A stretch of DNA of 64,000 bases from Lama glama (taxonomy: Eukaryota). A program made the translations under genes and the position numbers. Each line of letters starts with the position of its first letter. Within the stretch, counting starts at the first letter, position 1. The notes below the pieces were generated by a model. It did no database searches. It was not told the DNA's origin and saw only the letters and a program-made list of their open reading frames with translations. The stretch covers positions 30,630,001-30,694,000 of the forward strand of contig CM052816.1 in NCBI GenBank assembly GCA_028534125.1, written 5' to 3'. Shown piece after piece: positions 25,040 to 37,085 of this stretch.

Positions 25040-26085
25040 ACTGTCATCTTTCACCTAAAATCATTATGCCTTTTATTTAGTATTTGCTTCCTGGTCTCCA
25101 TTCCCTATCTAATATATAAAAATGATCTTCTAAAACATATGCCATATCACTGTTATTCATTTGCTCAAAAATCTCTAGTGGTCTTCTATCACAGAAAGAA
25201 ATCTGAATGTCTTCCTACACACAGCATGAACTGGCTCTGCGTACCTCTTGGGGCTCATCTTTTACTGTCTCCCCTTTCTTCCTGCCCCAAGTCCCCATGG
25301 CAAACTCCAGCCTTGTTCTTGTTCCCTGAGCATGCCCAGTTTGAATAAACTATTAATAGGTATCTCCTCTTCTTCACTTGAACTATTTTGCTTTTTGACC
25401 TTAATTCACCCAACATGCTTATAGGTATGAGCAATCATCTACAGAGAGCTTGAGATCTTTCTAATAAGAACAAATGTGAAAATAAAATAATAAATGCTGG
25501 TAAAAAACCTATAATGAAAGAGAATATGAAAATGAATCTATCTACATATATATATGCCTGAAACATTATGCTGTACACCAGAAATTGATACAACATTGTA
25601 AACTGATTATACTTGAGTGAAAACATTTAAAAAGTTTTAAAAATGCTGAAGAACAAGTGTGAAAATGAATAGCATTAGAGCCATACTGCTCAGGGTGGCA
25701 CTGGGATATTTATACTGTCTGTTAATTCTATCCAGACTACATTCCTTTATGCAGATTTTCATATACATAGTTTCTTCTTGACTCTCTGATCTCAAATTCT
25801 AAGTTACTTGCTCAGAAGAGACTTTCCTAAACACCTAATTGTAAGTAGCCTAAGAACACTAATTAATTTATTTTAAGTCACTGGTTTTCATTCTTCATAT
25901 TAAATACCATCACCTGAAATTATCAAATTTATGTATTTAACATGTTTATTGTGTTTTATTGAACTGAATGTAAGTTCTGTGAAAGCAGGGACACTGCTTT
26001 TCTCTTCCCTTATGTCCTTAGTTCTGAGCATAATACCTGGCACAGGGCTCACACTCAATACATACTTAGTGAATAAAGGAATAAG
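25040..26085 (+). mobile_element. L2 3' region, fragmented
   Basis: ctgaatgtaagttctgtgaaagcagggacactg...cctggcacagggctcacactcaatacatacttagtgaataaaggaat is the L2 terminus. Confidence 0.7.
25501..25640 (+). mobile_element. Short camelid-type L1 3' end
   Basis: tgctgtacaccagaaattgatacaacattgtaaactgattatactt, flanked by aaatgctg (25492 and 25641) as a likely TSD. Confidence 0.85.
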
Positions 26086-27449
26086 TGTGTAAATCATAGG
26101 CAATGGTTGGAACTGGACAGGAGCATGAGATGAACAGAGGTCTTCTGCAAGAGCAAGGGTCCTAACTCCTATATGCTAGATTCACTTTTAAGGTATGGGT
26201 ACTTAAGAATACTAATATGTCAAGTCATTACACATAATCAGGCCTCGCATCAATCCCACTGTGCAGACAGGCATTGGAATGCATTAGACTAAGGCATCTG
26301 CTTCCTGGTAGGCAGGTTTAGTGCCTTCCCCAGAAGTTTCTCTCCTTAAAGTAATTGACCTGTCAGCACTTTGCCTGCATGGCTGCATTTAGGTGACAGT
26401 TTAGCTAAGAAATTGACTGCAATACTCTAAACTGCAAGACTCCTGCTTTACTGTATCAGAAAACAAAAGATTTTCACTCAGAAAAGCAAGGACGTGCAAA
26501 GGTTGAATATCTGTAACAAATGGACATGACTTTTAAAAGCAGGCAAAGAAAAATGATTATGTGGTGCTAAACTGGATGTTCAAAATCCCAATGCAATATA
26601 CTTTCTCCTGTTGGGGTCTTCATCAGCTTGTAAAACTACATCTTGAACAGACTTACACTTTCTTTCGACTATATGCTTTTTTTTTTTGGTTTGTCTGTGC
26701 CCAGGAGACCTTTAGTGCAAACTGTCCATCTGCCTTTGTTTTCCGAAATTTTAATACCATTCACCTTGGATCCCTTCTGATTGTATTTATGCCAGGGTGA
26801 AGATTATTTATAAGCCCAGTGCTTATGTGAACGGTTCTGCAGTGAGTCTCTATGCTCTCTAACAAGAGGAATACTTTGCCTGCATTCAACTCAAGAGCTG
26901 AGTTTTCCTGTTGCAAACAGACATCAAAATTTGCAGAACCATCGAAATTTATGTGGCAAGAGAGAGTCAGTGGGAGTTTATAAATGACATGTGTACCACT
27001 GAAAGCTGGCCTTATCTGAAATGCATGCCAATCAACTGGGCAAACTGGAAAAGCAGGACCACTATTTAGAGTCAGGTCAACATCTATGCAGTGATTGTTT
27101 ATTTTACAACCAGAGTTCATTTCTATATCTACGCACGGACTATTTATAATATATGATTAGAGAGGGGGTACAAACAGAACATGCGTTGTCTCTTTATTAC
27201 TCATAATATTATCAACAAAGAAAATGTTTGGAATGCCTCCTGCTCTCAAGAAGGCTATTGTCTCCTTGTGGAGATAAAAAGACATGTGCCTACAGAAGAA
27301 TGAAGAAAGGGAAACAGTACTTAAGTAACAACATATGAACGCTGGACAATACATGTAAACTCTGAATGGGTACCTCTTTTTGACCCTAACTCATCCAACA
27401 TATTTATAGATATTATCAATGATCTGCAGAGAGCTGGAGATCTTTTTAA

Positions 27450-27690
27450 TGACACTGTGAAAATGAATAGCTTTGATGCCATATTGTTCAGATTGGCATT
27501 CTGGCTCCACTACATGTTAGCTGGGTAACTACATATGTTCTCTACTTAAGAGAACACTGTATCATTTATAAGAAGATGATGGTAATACTACTGTACTTAT
27601 GCCATAAGGTTCTGAAATAAAAGGATTTACAGAGATTTAAAATAATACCCAATAACTTCATAGTTATTGTTAGCTATTCTTATTATTACT
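27450..27690 (+). mobile_element. MIR SINE
   Basis: attctggctccactacatgttagctgggtaact...catttataagaagatgatggtaatactactgtac. Confidence 0.55.
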
Positions 27691-27734
27691 GTTTTTATAT
27701 TCCAGCTATGTCATCTTCCATCAGAATCAGGTTT

Positions 27735-27855
27735 TGCATCACTATCCATTTTTGGAGACAAAGACACAAAAGCAAGGAGTAATTCAATCATTTGCCCAAG
27801 GTCGCACAGTTAGGAAGTGACACAGGCACAATTTAAACCCAGGACAGTCTGACGT
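27735..27855 (-). mobile_element. MIR SINE
   Basis: tttgcccaaggtcgcacagttaggaagtgacacaggcacaatttaaacccaggacagtctgac. Confidence 0.8.
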
Positions 27856-29090
27856 GGAAAATGTCTGTAAAGCAGCTCTTTTGTTACAATAACAAATGCA
27901 TCAAATCTGTTTAATCCTGTGATATTTTGACAGTGATGGTTCCTGACAGTGGCCTGATTCCCTTGATGAGAGGAAAAGAAGGTGTGTAGCACTAAATATC
28001 ATCGCTAGAATCCTTCTCTGATTTTAAAGAGCATGTTGTTATCTTTTATATTTTGTTTTATTTTGTATTTTTGCCACTGGATAAGCTACTCTTTTATTTC
28101 CAGATCAACTACAATTATGTTATGTGGTTCACAAATTGCCCTTAGTGTGACTTTTCTTCCTCTGCCCAGTCTACAAACAATGGAGAGAGTGGTAAACAAT
28201 TCTCTGTATCAAACAAAGCAATGACGAGTGACTGATCTAACAAATAGAAGGAGGACAAACATCTCTCTCCTCCTAGGCACATTTCCAGACAGGTAAGCAC
28301 AGCTGTGGCTCTAGTTCTATAATTATATTCTCTATTTTAAAAGCACTGTGAATAGTCACACTTGCTGTAACAACAAACATACCTATGCCACTCTTCTCAG
28401 AAATGCATTTGGTTTTAATTTTTAATGGTTGTACTTTTCACAGCTCTCTCAACAGGCACTCAATTAGTATAATGGAAAATTAAGAACACCTTTTAATCTT
28501 TCTTTTCTCTGACTATGCACTGGTCATTGGAGCCATCTCTCTTGTTTGTTATTATTCTGACATATATTACACTTAATATGGGAGCACTCCTCCTCCATAA
28601 GTTGTCCAAACTTCCAAAAAGTCACACATATTTGCACTGAACCTGCTATTTGTGCTGAATTGTTCTTTCAAAGGCTGGGAAGGATTCTTTGGTAGACAAC
28701 TATGTCAGTTAAAATTATAAGCTGTCCTTCTCTTTCTTGGTATCTGACATCTTTGTACAGTCATTAAAATTATGATGGTCCGTTGGTTAGTCTATGCAGC
28801 AAGTGCCCCCACTCACTACAAGACGTTTCTTTCACAACCCTTTCAGGGCAGGCTGTACAACAAAACACTAGTTTTCAAGACTTAGAGTTGTCACACAGAG
28901 CCCATCTGCATACAAAAGATAAACTGTCTTGCTGGTAAGCAAAGATTATGTCCTTATAAAGACTGAAATTGTCTCTATTTCCCTCTTGACTGGCATCTCT
29001 CTGGTACCAAACAGTGCTCAAGAATGAGCTGAGTATCAAATAGCCCTGAAAGTGCATTTTCGCTTTTTCCTAAAAAGAATCTACATTTTG

Positions 29091-31188
29091 AAGGGAGACC
29101 AGGATGGTGGAGTAGGAGGATGCAAAACCCACCTCTCCGCACAAACACATCAAAAATACATCTCTATGTGGAGAAGTTCTTATTGAAAACTAACTGGCAG
29201 AAGGACTCTTGCAGAGCCAAGGCTGTAATAAAGATGCACAAAGGATCAGGTAGGAAGGAAGAGAAGCAGTCAGGTCAGGATCTGTGCCCCTGGGAGGGGA
29301 CTCAGAAGAAGAGCCACAACAGTGGAGGTCCTCCCTGGGGAGCGAGAGGTTTCAGCCATATGTTGGGTGTCCCAGCCCCAGGGTCCGACAGCAGGGAGAC
29401 AAGTCCTCTTGTCTGGAGGAGGGCAGGTGGGACAAAAAGGAGGGATGTGAGAAACACAGACTGCTCCTCAACAGCACACACACACTTGGTTACTCCTCAA
29501 ACAGGATGGAGAGGGCCGACTGAAACTGCATGGGACACTGGCCAGCTGTCTGCAACTACCCCAGTGCACGCCTGAGCTGAGCGCCTGCAGTGGCCCTGCT
29601 TGCTTCACGAAGCAGCCCCACACTGGGGTGAGAGCTCTGGTGACCGAGGGGAGAGCCTAGTTGTGAAGGACAAAAGTAGCTCAGACCCGGGGCGGCACCC
29701 ACGTGGGGTGAGGCGGCCATTGCTAGTGCTTCTGAAGGCAGCACATCAGAAGTCTGGCAATCTGACTGTCACCAGGGCCACCACAGCCACTGCCCAGACC
29801 CATGCCGAAGGCCTGGACCAGCCCTCTTGCCCCAACATCTCTCCCACTCTGGGGCAAAGGTACTGGTGCTGAGCAGGGGAGAGCACACACTTACATGGAA
29901 TGGAGCCAGCTCAGACCTGACCCTCGGGGCTTCATCTCCTGCAGCTCTGAACCTGCGTCTGCACCCCCATAGGGCAGTGCCGGCCACTGAGCAGAGGAGA
30001 AGCCCCAGCTCAAACCTGTCTCTGGCCCTTCCCTTCCACCTCTTACCAAGTGACAGCTGCCGGCACACTCTGGGGGAAGACGTGACTCATACACACATCA
30101 GATCCTGATCTCCCACCGAAGCCACTAGGCAAACACAGGTGGTCTAGGAATGTACGCAAACAAGGACAACCCTTCAAGACTGAGATAGGTAACTGACCTA
30201 ATTTCATAGACACGGAGAAAGTGATACAAAATTAGAAGACAGAGGAATTTGCGTTGAAAGAACAGGAGAAAAACCTCTGAAAAAATAAATAATAAAAGAG
30301 ACAAATGATTTACCAGATAAAATGTTCAAAGCTTAAGTAATAAAAATGCTTAATGAATTAGAGAAAAGAATAGGAGAACAGAGTGAGAATTTTAACAAGC
30401 ACCTAGAAAATATAAAAAAGAACCAGTCAGAATTGAAAAACACATTAAGTGAGTGAAAAAAAACACTTGAAGGAATTACAAGCAGACTAGCAGAAAAATG
30501 CTTAACTGATCTGGAAGACAAAATAAGGAAATCACCCAGTCAGAACAACGTAAAGGAAAACAAATTTTAAAAACCAAAACAGCTTACGGGACCTTTTGCA
30601 CAACAACAGGTGCACCAACACTTACATTACAGGGATCCTAAAAGAAGAAGAGGAGTGAGATAACAGTCAAAAGTGTATTTGATGAAATGATGGCTGAACA
30701 TTTCTCAAACATAAAGAAGGAAATAGATACCCAGGTACAGGAAGCACAGGGGGTTCCAAACAAAAGGAACCAAACAGACCCACAGTAAGCCCATAATTAA
30801 AATGGCCGAAGTTAAAGAGAGAATTATCAAGGAAGCAAAAGAAAAACAGAGTCATATACAAGGGAACCCCCATTAGGCTATGAGCTTATTTCTCTGCAGA
30901 AATTCACAAGTGCTGAAAGGGGGAAAATCCACACCCTAAGATACTCTAGTCAGCAAGATCATCATTGAGAATTGAAAGAGAAATAAAGAACTTCTCAGAG
31001 AAGCAAAATCTACAGGAGTTCATCAATACTGAACCAACGCTAAAAGAACCACAGCTAAAAGGGTCTTCTCTGAGCGGAAAATAAAAGTTGTAACAAGAAG
31101 TAACTACAGGAAAAGAAAAATTCCACTAATAAAGGCAAATATACAGTGAAGTGTAAGGATCGACCATGTAGATTAGCTAGAACAAAGG
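29091..31188 (+). mobile_element. L1 5'UTR plus decayed ORF1, truncated in the inter-ORF spacer
   Basis: GC-rich 5'UTR starting gaccaggatggtggagtagg. ORF1 remnants include gaaccagtcagaattgaaaaac, caagggaacccccattaggcta and ataaagaacttctcagagaagcaaaa. Homologous to 46025-47865. Confidence 0.85.
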
Positions 31189-31199
31189 GTACTATCATA

Positions 31200-31787
31200 C
31201 CATTTAAACACCATGATCAGAACAATTTATTTGGAGCTAGCAACTCTCTCATAGCTTCCCACTGTACTGTAAATGAAGCTCAAACCCTTCCCCAGACTGC
31301 CTAGGACCTAAATGATGGCACCCTTGACTACCTCTCCTCCTTGCAAGAATCTCCTCCTCACTCACAATTTTCTCATTCGTCACTTTGGATGGCTTTCAAT
31401 TCTTTAACATGCCATGCTCACTGCATTTGCAGACTTTAGGTTTGATATTTTCTCTTTCTGGAATGCCCTTTTCTAGACCTTTCTGTGGTTTTCCTCTTTT
31501 TATTTAGGTCTCAGCTCAAACGCTATCTCCAGAGAGGATTCTCTGGCCATATTACCTAAGATAGCAGCCCATCGCCTGCTTATCCTGTAACATATCCCAG
31601 TATTACCATCTTCTCAATAGATATCACTTGCTAAAATCATCCTTTCTGCCTGGCCTTCATCACTAGGATGTGCACTCCATTAAAAGATGGGGCCGAGTCT
31701 GCCATATTTATTGGCGAATCACTAGCATCTTAAAATAGGGCAAGTCAAAGAGTACATGTTCAGTAAATCTTTGTTAAACAAAGAATG
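31200..31787 (+). mobile_element. L2 3' region
   Basis: ctggaatgccctt; tttaggtctcagctcaaacgctatctccagagagg; ends ttcagtaaatctttgttaaacaaagaatg. Confidence 0.75.
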
Positions 31788-33259
31788 TCTACATTATCCT
31801 TTATGGCTTCTGAATGCTCTGTCCCCTAAAAAGCATTCCTCAACACACGTGTTTTATTGTTTTTTATTTACATTTATTATTTATTTTTACATTTCTATCC
31901 AATCTGTCTACAACTCATTTTTATAAATGAATCAACATGTAAGTCTAAATGCTTCCAAATGAATAACAAATTATGGAAGCGCCATTATTATATAAGCCAT
32001 TTTAATGGCCCTCTGTGTCGTATATAAGCACATCTACACTTGGATCTATTTCTGCAATCTTTACACTCTTATTTTTCTCTTTTGTGCAAATATCACATTT
32101 TATTTTAGTACAGGATAGTCAGAGGATACTTTATTAGCTAGCATGGGAAAGCTTTCCTTGCTTATCATGATTTAAACTTATCATTTAAAAATAATTTTAT
32201 TGTAATTTTTTTACTAGAAATACCATCAATGATTATCAAAAATTGTTGGCATCCATTAGAATAATCATGACTTTGCTACTTTGATCTATTTTGTAACGCA
32301 GAATGTTTTAAAATTTCCTAATTTGATAGAAGTCCTAAGAAGTGGACATTAAAAGCACCTTCATTTTATGTTCTCCTGGCTGATGTTACATTTCCTTATT
32401 AATCTTTTTGAAAATACTGTTGAGAACTGACAAGTCGTTACATAATTTTAGGTCAGCATTTCCTGCAGTGTCTGCGTCTCTTTCAGGTGTGATTATCAGC
32501 ATCATGTCAGAACGCAATGACCCAAGTGAATGACGTTTTACCTGTCACGTGGGGTTTTTCCCTGGTGTGAAAAGACACTCAGAGGTTTTTAAAATGTGTT
32601 ATGGGGTATGAAAGATAAGAAAAGACCTAAGTTCACTTAAAACAAATCAGAATTACTTGGTCTGGGAAATTCACCTCCTTAGATTAGGAGCATATATTTT
32701 GAAACAGAGGGATGGCTTTTCAGGCAAATTTTTCTGGGGAAAACTATTTCCAGTCGGGAAACATTTGCCGTGGTAGCTCCTTAACATCACTATTCAGGTT
32801 GCTTCCAAAGACAGCATTTATGAAGCTAGAAAGTAGCTTTGAATGGAAATGTATTGTGTATGACCATCATCCACCCAAGACTGGGGGCACCGCTGGCCGT
32901 GTGACTTCAGTGGGGAAGGGTTGCTAGCAGAATGATATGTGAGCCACCTGGGCTGATGTAGTACCTTGGGTTCTAATAATAAAAGCATTCCCTCAGTCAA
33001 GCCACTCTCTAGAAATCCTTTAATAAGCATGTTTGGCAGAGGAAGCAGACCTGGAGTGATTCTACCTAGAGAAACCCAAAGAGTCAGTTCTATCTTGTTC
33101 CAGGCCACTTCTGTTACCTGGCAGGGGGACCTTTGTGTCATAAGGGACAGAGATAGTTTCAGGTTACCTCCGTTTACAAAGCTGTGTGTGGGGGAGAAAC
33201 TTACTACAAGATTTATAGGGAGTAAGGAAGACTCAGTCTTGCTGGCAGGCCTCACAGAG

Positions 33260-33730
33260 TACAGAACAGAGAAGAAAAACCCCTCTAACTTCAATCGGAG
33301 CTACCTAATCCCCAAAAGCAGCACCTGACACTTCATTCCTCAGCTTTAATGCGTAGGTTTACTCAGCGATTCTTTCTTTTGTGCTTGCCTCCATCTCCCC
33401 CGAGACTTCACATTCCTCTCTTTATTATGACACCTGCTTTCTCATGGCCTGTGTTTACTGCTGTCTCTCTACATGCCTCTGCTTCTGTGCTGTTACGAAA
33501 TTCAGCTACCTTGCATATTTCACATGTAAAGTCCCCAAGAAGGATATGATCGGATTAGTTCAGCCAGTCATCAGTGAGTGTACGGGGTCACCAAAGTTCA
33601 GCAGAGCTTATGCCCTGAGCCACGTGATAGTTCACTGGTCTGGCTTCGGTCACATCCCATTCCCCATCCCCTGAATCTGGGCGGTGGGAGACGGTAGACT
33701 AGGGCATGGAGATCATTTAAAAAGGAAAAT
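33260..33730. mobile_element. Possible ancient ERVL-type LTR (LTR33-like)
   Basis: Weak similarity only (aagtccccaagaaggatatgatcggattag; ggtcacatcccattccc...). Confidence 0.3.
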
Positions 33731-35489
33731 CCAACAAAGGGCTGTGCTGCAGGCAGGGACGGCCTTCGCAGCATCAAGTCCCTGCTCATGTATCAGGTGA
33801 ATTAATAAATGCCAGGGTTTGAGGCAATGACTAAATGTGTTCTGTCTAGTTAAAAAAGATAGCCAAGGGCACCTCATTATTCTTTGAAACTTCTTTCATG
33901 ATATCTTGGTTCAGTCTTTCATTTCTCCATGTCTTATTTTGGATCCTTGTAAAATACTCCTTGTCTATAGCATAGAAGATCAGATCGTGGGCACTTTCAT
34001 AATAATTATTCTAAATACTAAATGGTGAGTTTTAAACTAAAACTATAGTGAACTGGCCTGCCTAGGGTCTGTTTCTAATCCTGTGCATCTGCCTGGGAAG
34101 GGATGGATACATCCTACAGGGAAGCAGCCAAATTATGGTATCCACTTTGCCTCAAATAGCATGTTTTATTTATTTGTTTGGTTGGTTTTCTCTTTAAGTT
34201 TGGAGGAAGGCCATTTACCCATCCTTATATTTCTCACACCAGCTGCAAAGAATAGTTCACATAGTAGGTCCTTAGGGAGCATTTTCAAAAACGAAAACAG
34301 AGTCTAGGAACATGACTAAATGAAAAAGTGAATGGTCATCATGAAATCTTGTTTTGAAGGAAACTCAAAGTACTGGAAAATATTTGTGAATCAAGCAGGA
34401 TGCACCCAAAATAGTATCATACAGAAACATGCTAGTTTTCATGTTCCTTCTCTCATCAATATATTCCAAAGTCCAAAGCAAACTTGTCTTACTGCATATT
34501 GAGACATAATAGCATATTGCTACATACTTTAAAGCTCTTACCATCATTTACATTTCAAAGGAAGAGATTTTGTTTCATCAGTTCATATCATGATGATCAG
34601 TAAAACCATTAATATGAAAACTAAATCCTCCATCAACTCTTTGGCCTCCAGAGCTTTGTAAAATTCTAATTTCTTTAAGCTGATTCTGTGTTGTGCTCTT
34701 TCCCTTATCTTAAAAAAGAAAAGTTCCACACGACTAGACAGGATGACTTACGAAACACAATGGTATAATGTTCTACTGAATGCATTTCAAAACTGTGACT
34801 GGGGACACCCAGCACAAGCAGTGAACATGTGATATGAAGTTCTTTGGGACTTCAGTTATTATTTCTTTTGTATGCATTTAATTCAACTTGTTTTGTTTTT
34901 TTTTAAATAAAGTCAAGCATGGTTTTATTCATCTTTTCCTACTCCATTTAAAGTCCCAGATGAGTCTCACACCTTCCTTTACTTCCTGCCTCTCAAGGTC
35001 AGATATAACGAAAATAAAGGTTAAGAAAATATAGCTTCATACCTCAGATACCTTTACATTATTTCATCAGGTAATTATTCAGGAAAGTTGAAGGCTCAGC
35101 CCTTCGAGTCTGGTCTCCATGTTATCTGACCAGGCAGTCTTTTTGCGTACACCCAATTCACCCTTCTATTCTTTTGTAATGTTCATTTTTGAAATTACTG
35201 AGGTTATCTATAAATGCAATCTCGTTATAAAAGATTCACACAATGCTTGATTATAAAAAGCACTTCAAAAATACATAGTTAAATATTTTAAAAACTGTGT
35301 TGTGTTATAATGTATCTTCTAACGTTATTTCTAAAATGACGCAAGAAACGCTCCTCATTTCATATTAAAGTCAGCTGAAACTTTTTTGTTTCTTGTTTCT
35401 GCTTTTTACTTTATGCATCAAAAAGTAATTAGCAGTCAACCGAAGTTTTACTCTTCCAGTCAGCTTTCATGAGTTTTTTAAATCACATT

Positions 35490-36090
35490 TCCCTATCTTG
35501 AATTTGTTTCTTTTCTTTCCTGAAGCACATTCTCAAGCAGTATTTTTCAGAGGAAATTTATCGGGGTAAAACTGAACCACTGCTTGTCAGAAAGTATTTT
35601 CTGTCTTTTCACAAAAATATAATTTGGTTGAAAAATTTATTCAGTTTCAAAGCATTTTTCATCAGAACTTCGAAGGTAACGTTTCACTGTTTTATTGAAA
35701 TCGGTATTATCAAGAAATCTGATGCCAACATGAAGCTTATTTCTTTTGGCAAAACCTGGATTTAAATGTTGACTACTTGTTTGTTTTTCCTCTCTGGTGG
35801 CACTCAGGAGTTTTCTCTCTACCCTCAGGTTTCTGAAGCGTCATGATGGTGTGTCCAGCCTTGAGTCCCTTTACAGTCAGTGAGTGACTTTTGGTGAGTC
35901 AGTGTGAAGGCTTTTTCTTCAACTCTGAGAGTTTTCTTGCTATGTTTTATTTCTGTAAGGCCTTCTTTTGAAAATTATCAGTTTCCTTCTAGAACTCCTA
36001 TTAGACTGATACAGAAAATCATGATCTACCCTATTATCTCTGCACATTTCTCATCCTTTCTATCTATGCTTTTTTGAATAACTTCTAAAA
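35490..36090 (-). mobile_element. Ancient L1/HAL1 ORF1-region fragment
   Basis: agaaatctgatgccaac; catgatggtgtgtc; ttcttcaactctgagagttttctt; tctagaactcctattagactgat. Confidence 0.6.
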
Positions 36091-36204
36091 TAACCCCTCA
36101 GTGGTGGTGGTGGTGGTTGTTCTAGCATATACACATTTCAGTTTTGTGAATATAGTCAAAGAGGCCCAGGTTGAAACATCTGTTTTCACTGACTTAGAAA
36201 CAGA

Positions 36205-37085
36205 CATTTATTCATTCATTCATCCAGTACACATGACTTTTGTATTTCCAGGGTTCTAGATGCCCTCCACAGTCCCGTGAGAGATACAGACAGAAACAAG
36301 GCAAGGCCTCCTCCCTCTAGGAACTTTAGAGGTTATAGGAAATAAAAAGATACATGTGTGACTGATGCATAGAAGTAGGGGAAAATGAAACAAGATGTGG
36401 TTAAAGACACTGAAAGGTACTGGATCATGAAGCCCTTAAACGCCATGAACAGGAATCTACGTGTTATCTGAAGTATAACGGGAAGCAAACATTGGGTTTT
36501 TAAAGGGTAGTAATGTGATCTGATTGATTGATTGATTTTATTTTTTTTAATTGAAGTATAGTCAGTTTGCAATGTTGTATCAATTTCTGGTGTAGAGCAT
36601 AGCATTTCAGTCATACATATGTACACATATATCTATTTTCATATTCTTTTCCATCATAGGTTACGACAAGATATTGAATACAGCTCCCTGTGCTACACAG
36701 TATAAACTTGTTATGTATCTATTTTATATATAGTAGTTAGTATCTGCAAATCCCCAGCTCCCAATTTATCCCTTCCCACCCGCTTTTCCCCTCTCTCCCC
36801 TGATTTATTATTTTTAGGATTACTCCGCCTGCCTTGGGAAAAACAGCTTGGAGGGAAGCAAGAGTAGGAGGAAGAGACTATAGTAGAAAGTCATCCCCGG
36901 GATGTGCTTAGCTGCATGTGCTGGCAGCGTGCATGGAGAGAAACGGACAAGTGGGAGATGTATTTAGCAGGCCTCCATGTCATGACTCGCACATAAACTG
37001 CATATGGGACGTAATAGAGAATGAGGAATCAAGGATGATTCTTGAGATTTTGGCTTCCATAATGAGCTCCAAGGAGCTTTGAGGG
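36205..37085 (-). mobile_element. L2 3' region, interrupted by a young L1
   Basis: Starts atttattcattcattcatcc; later gaggaatcaaggatgattcttgagattttggctt. Confidence 0.75.
36526..36799 (-). mobile_element. Camelid-type L1 3' end with TSD
   Basis: ttttaattgaagtatagtcagtttgcaatgttgtatcaatttctggtgta...cccaatttatcccttcccacc; flanking ctgatt at 36520 and 36800. Confidence 0.9.

Noticed and set aside
29120..30108. Cluster of longer overlapping ORFs
   Set aside because: They lie in the GC-rich L1 5'UTR, where stop codons are rare. The same applies at 46014-47282.
32818..33328. 158-aa and 120-aa overlapping antisense ORFs
   Set aside because: No recognisable domain, no supporting splice or promoter context, and partly overlapping a possible old LTR.
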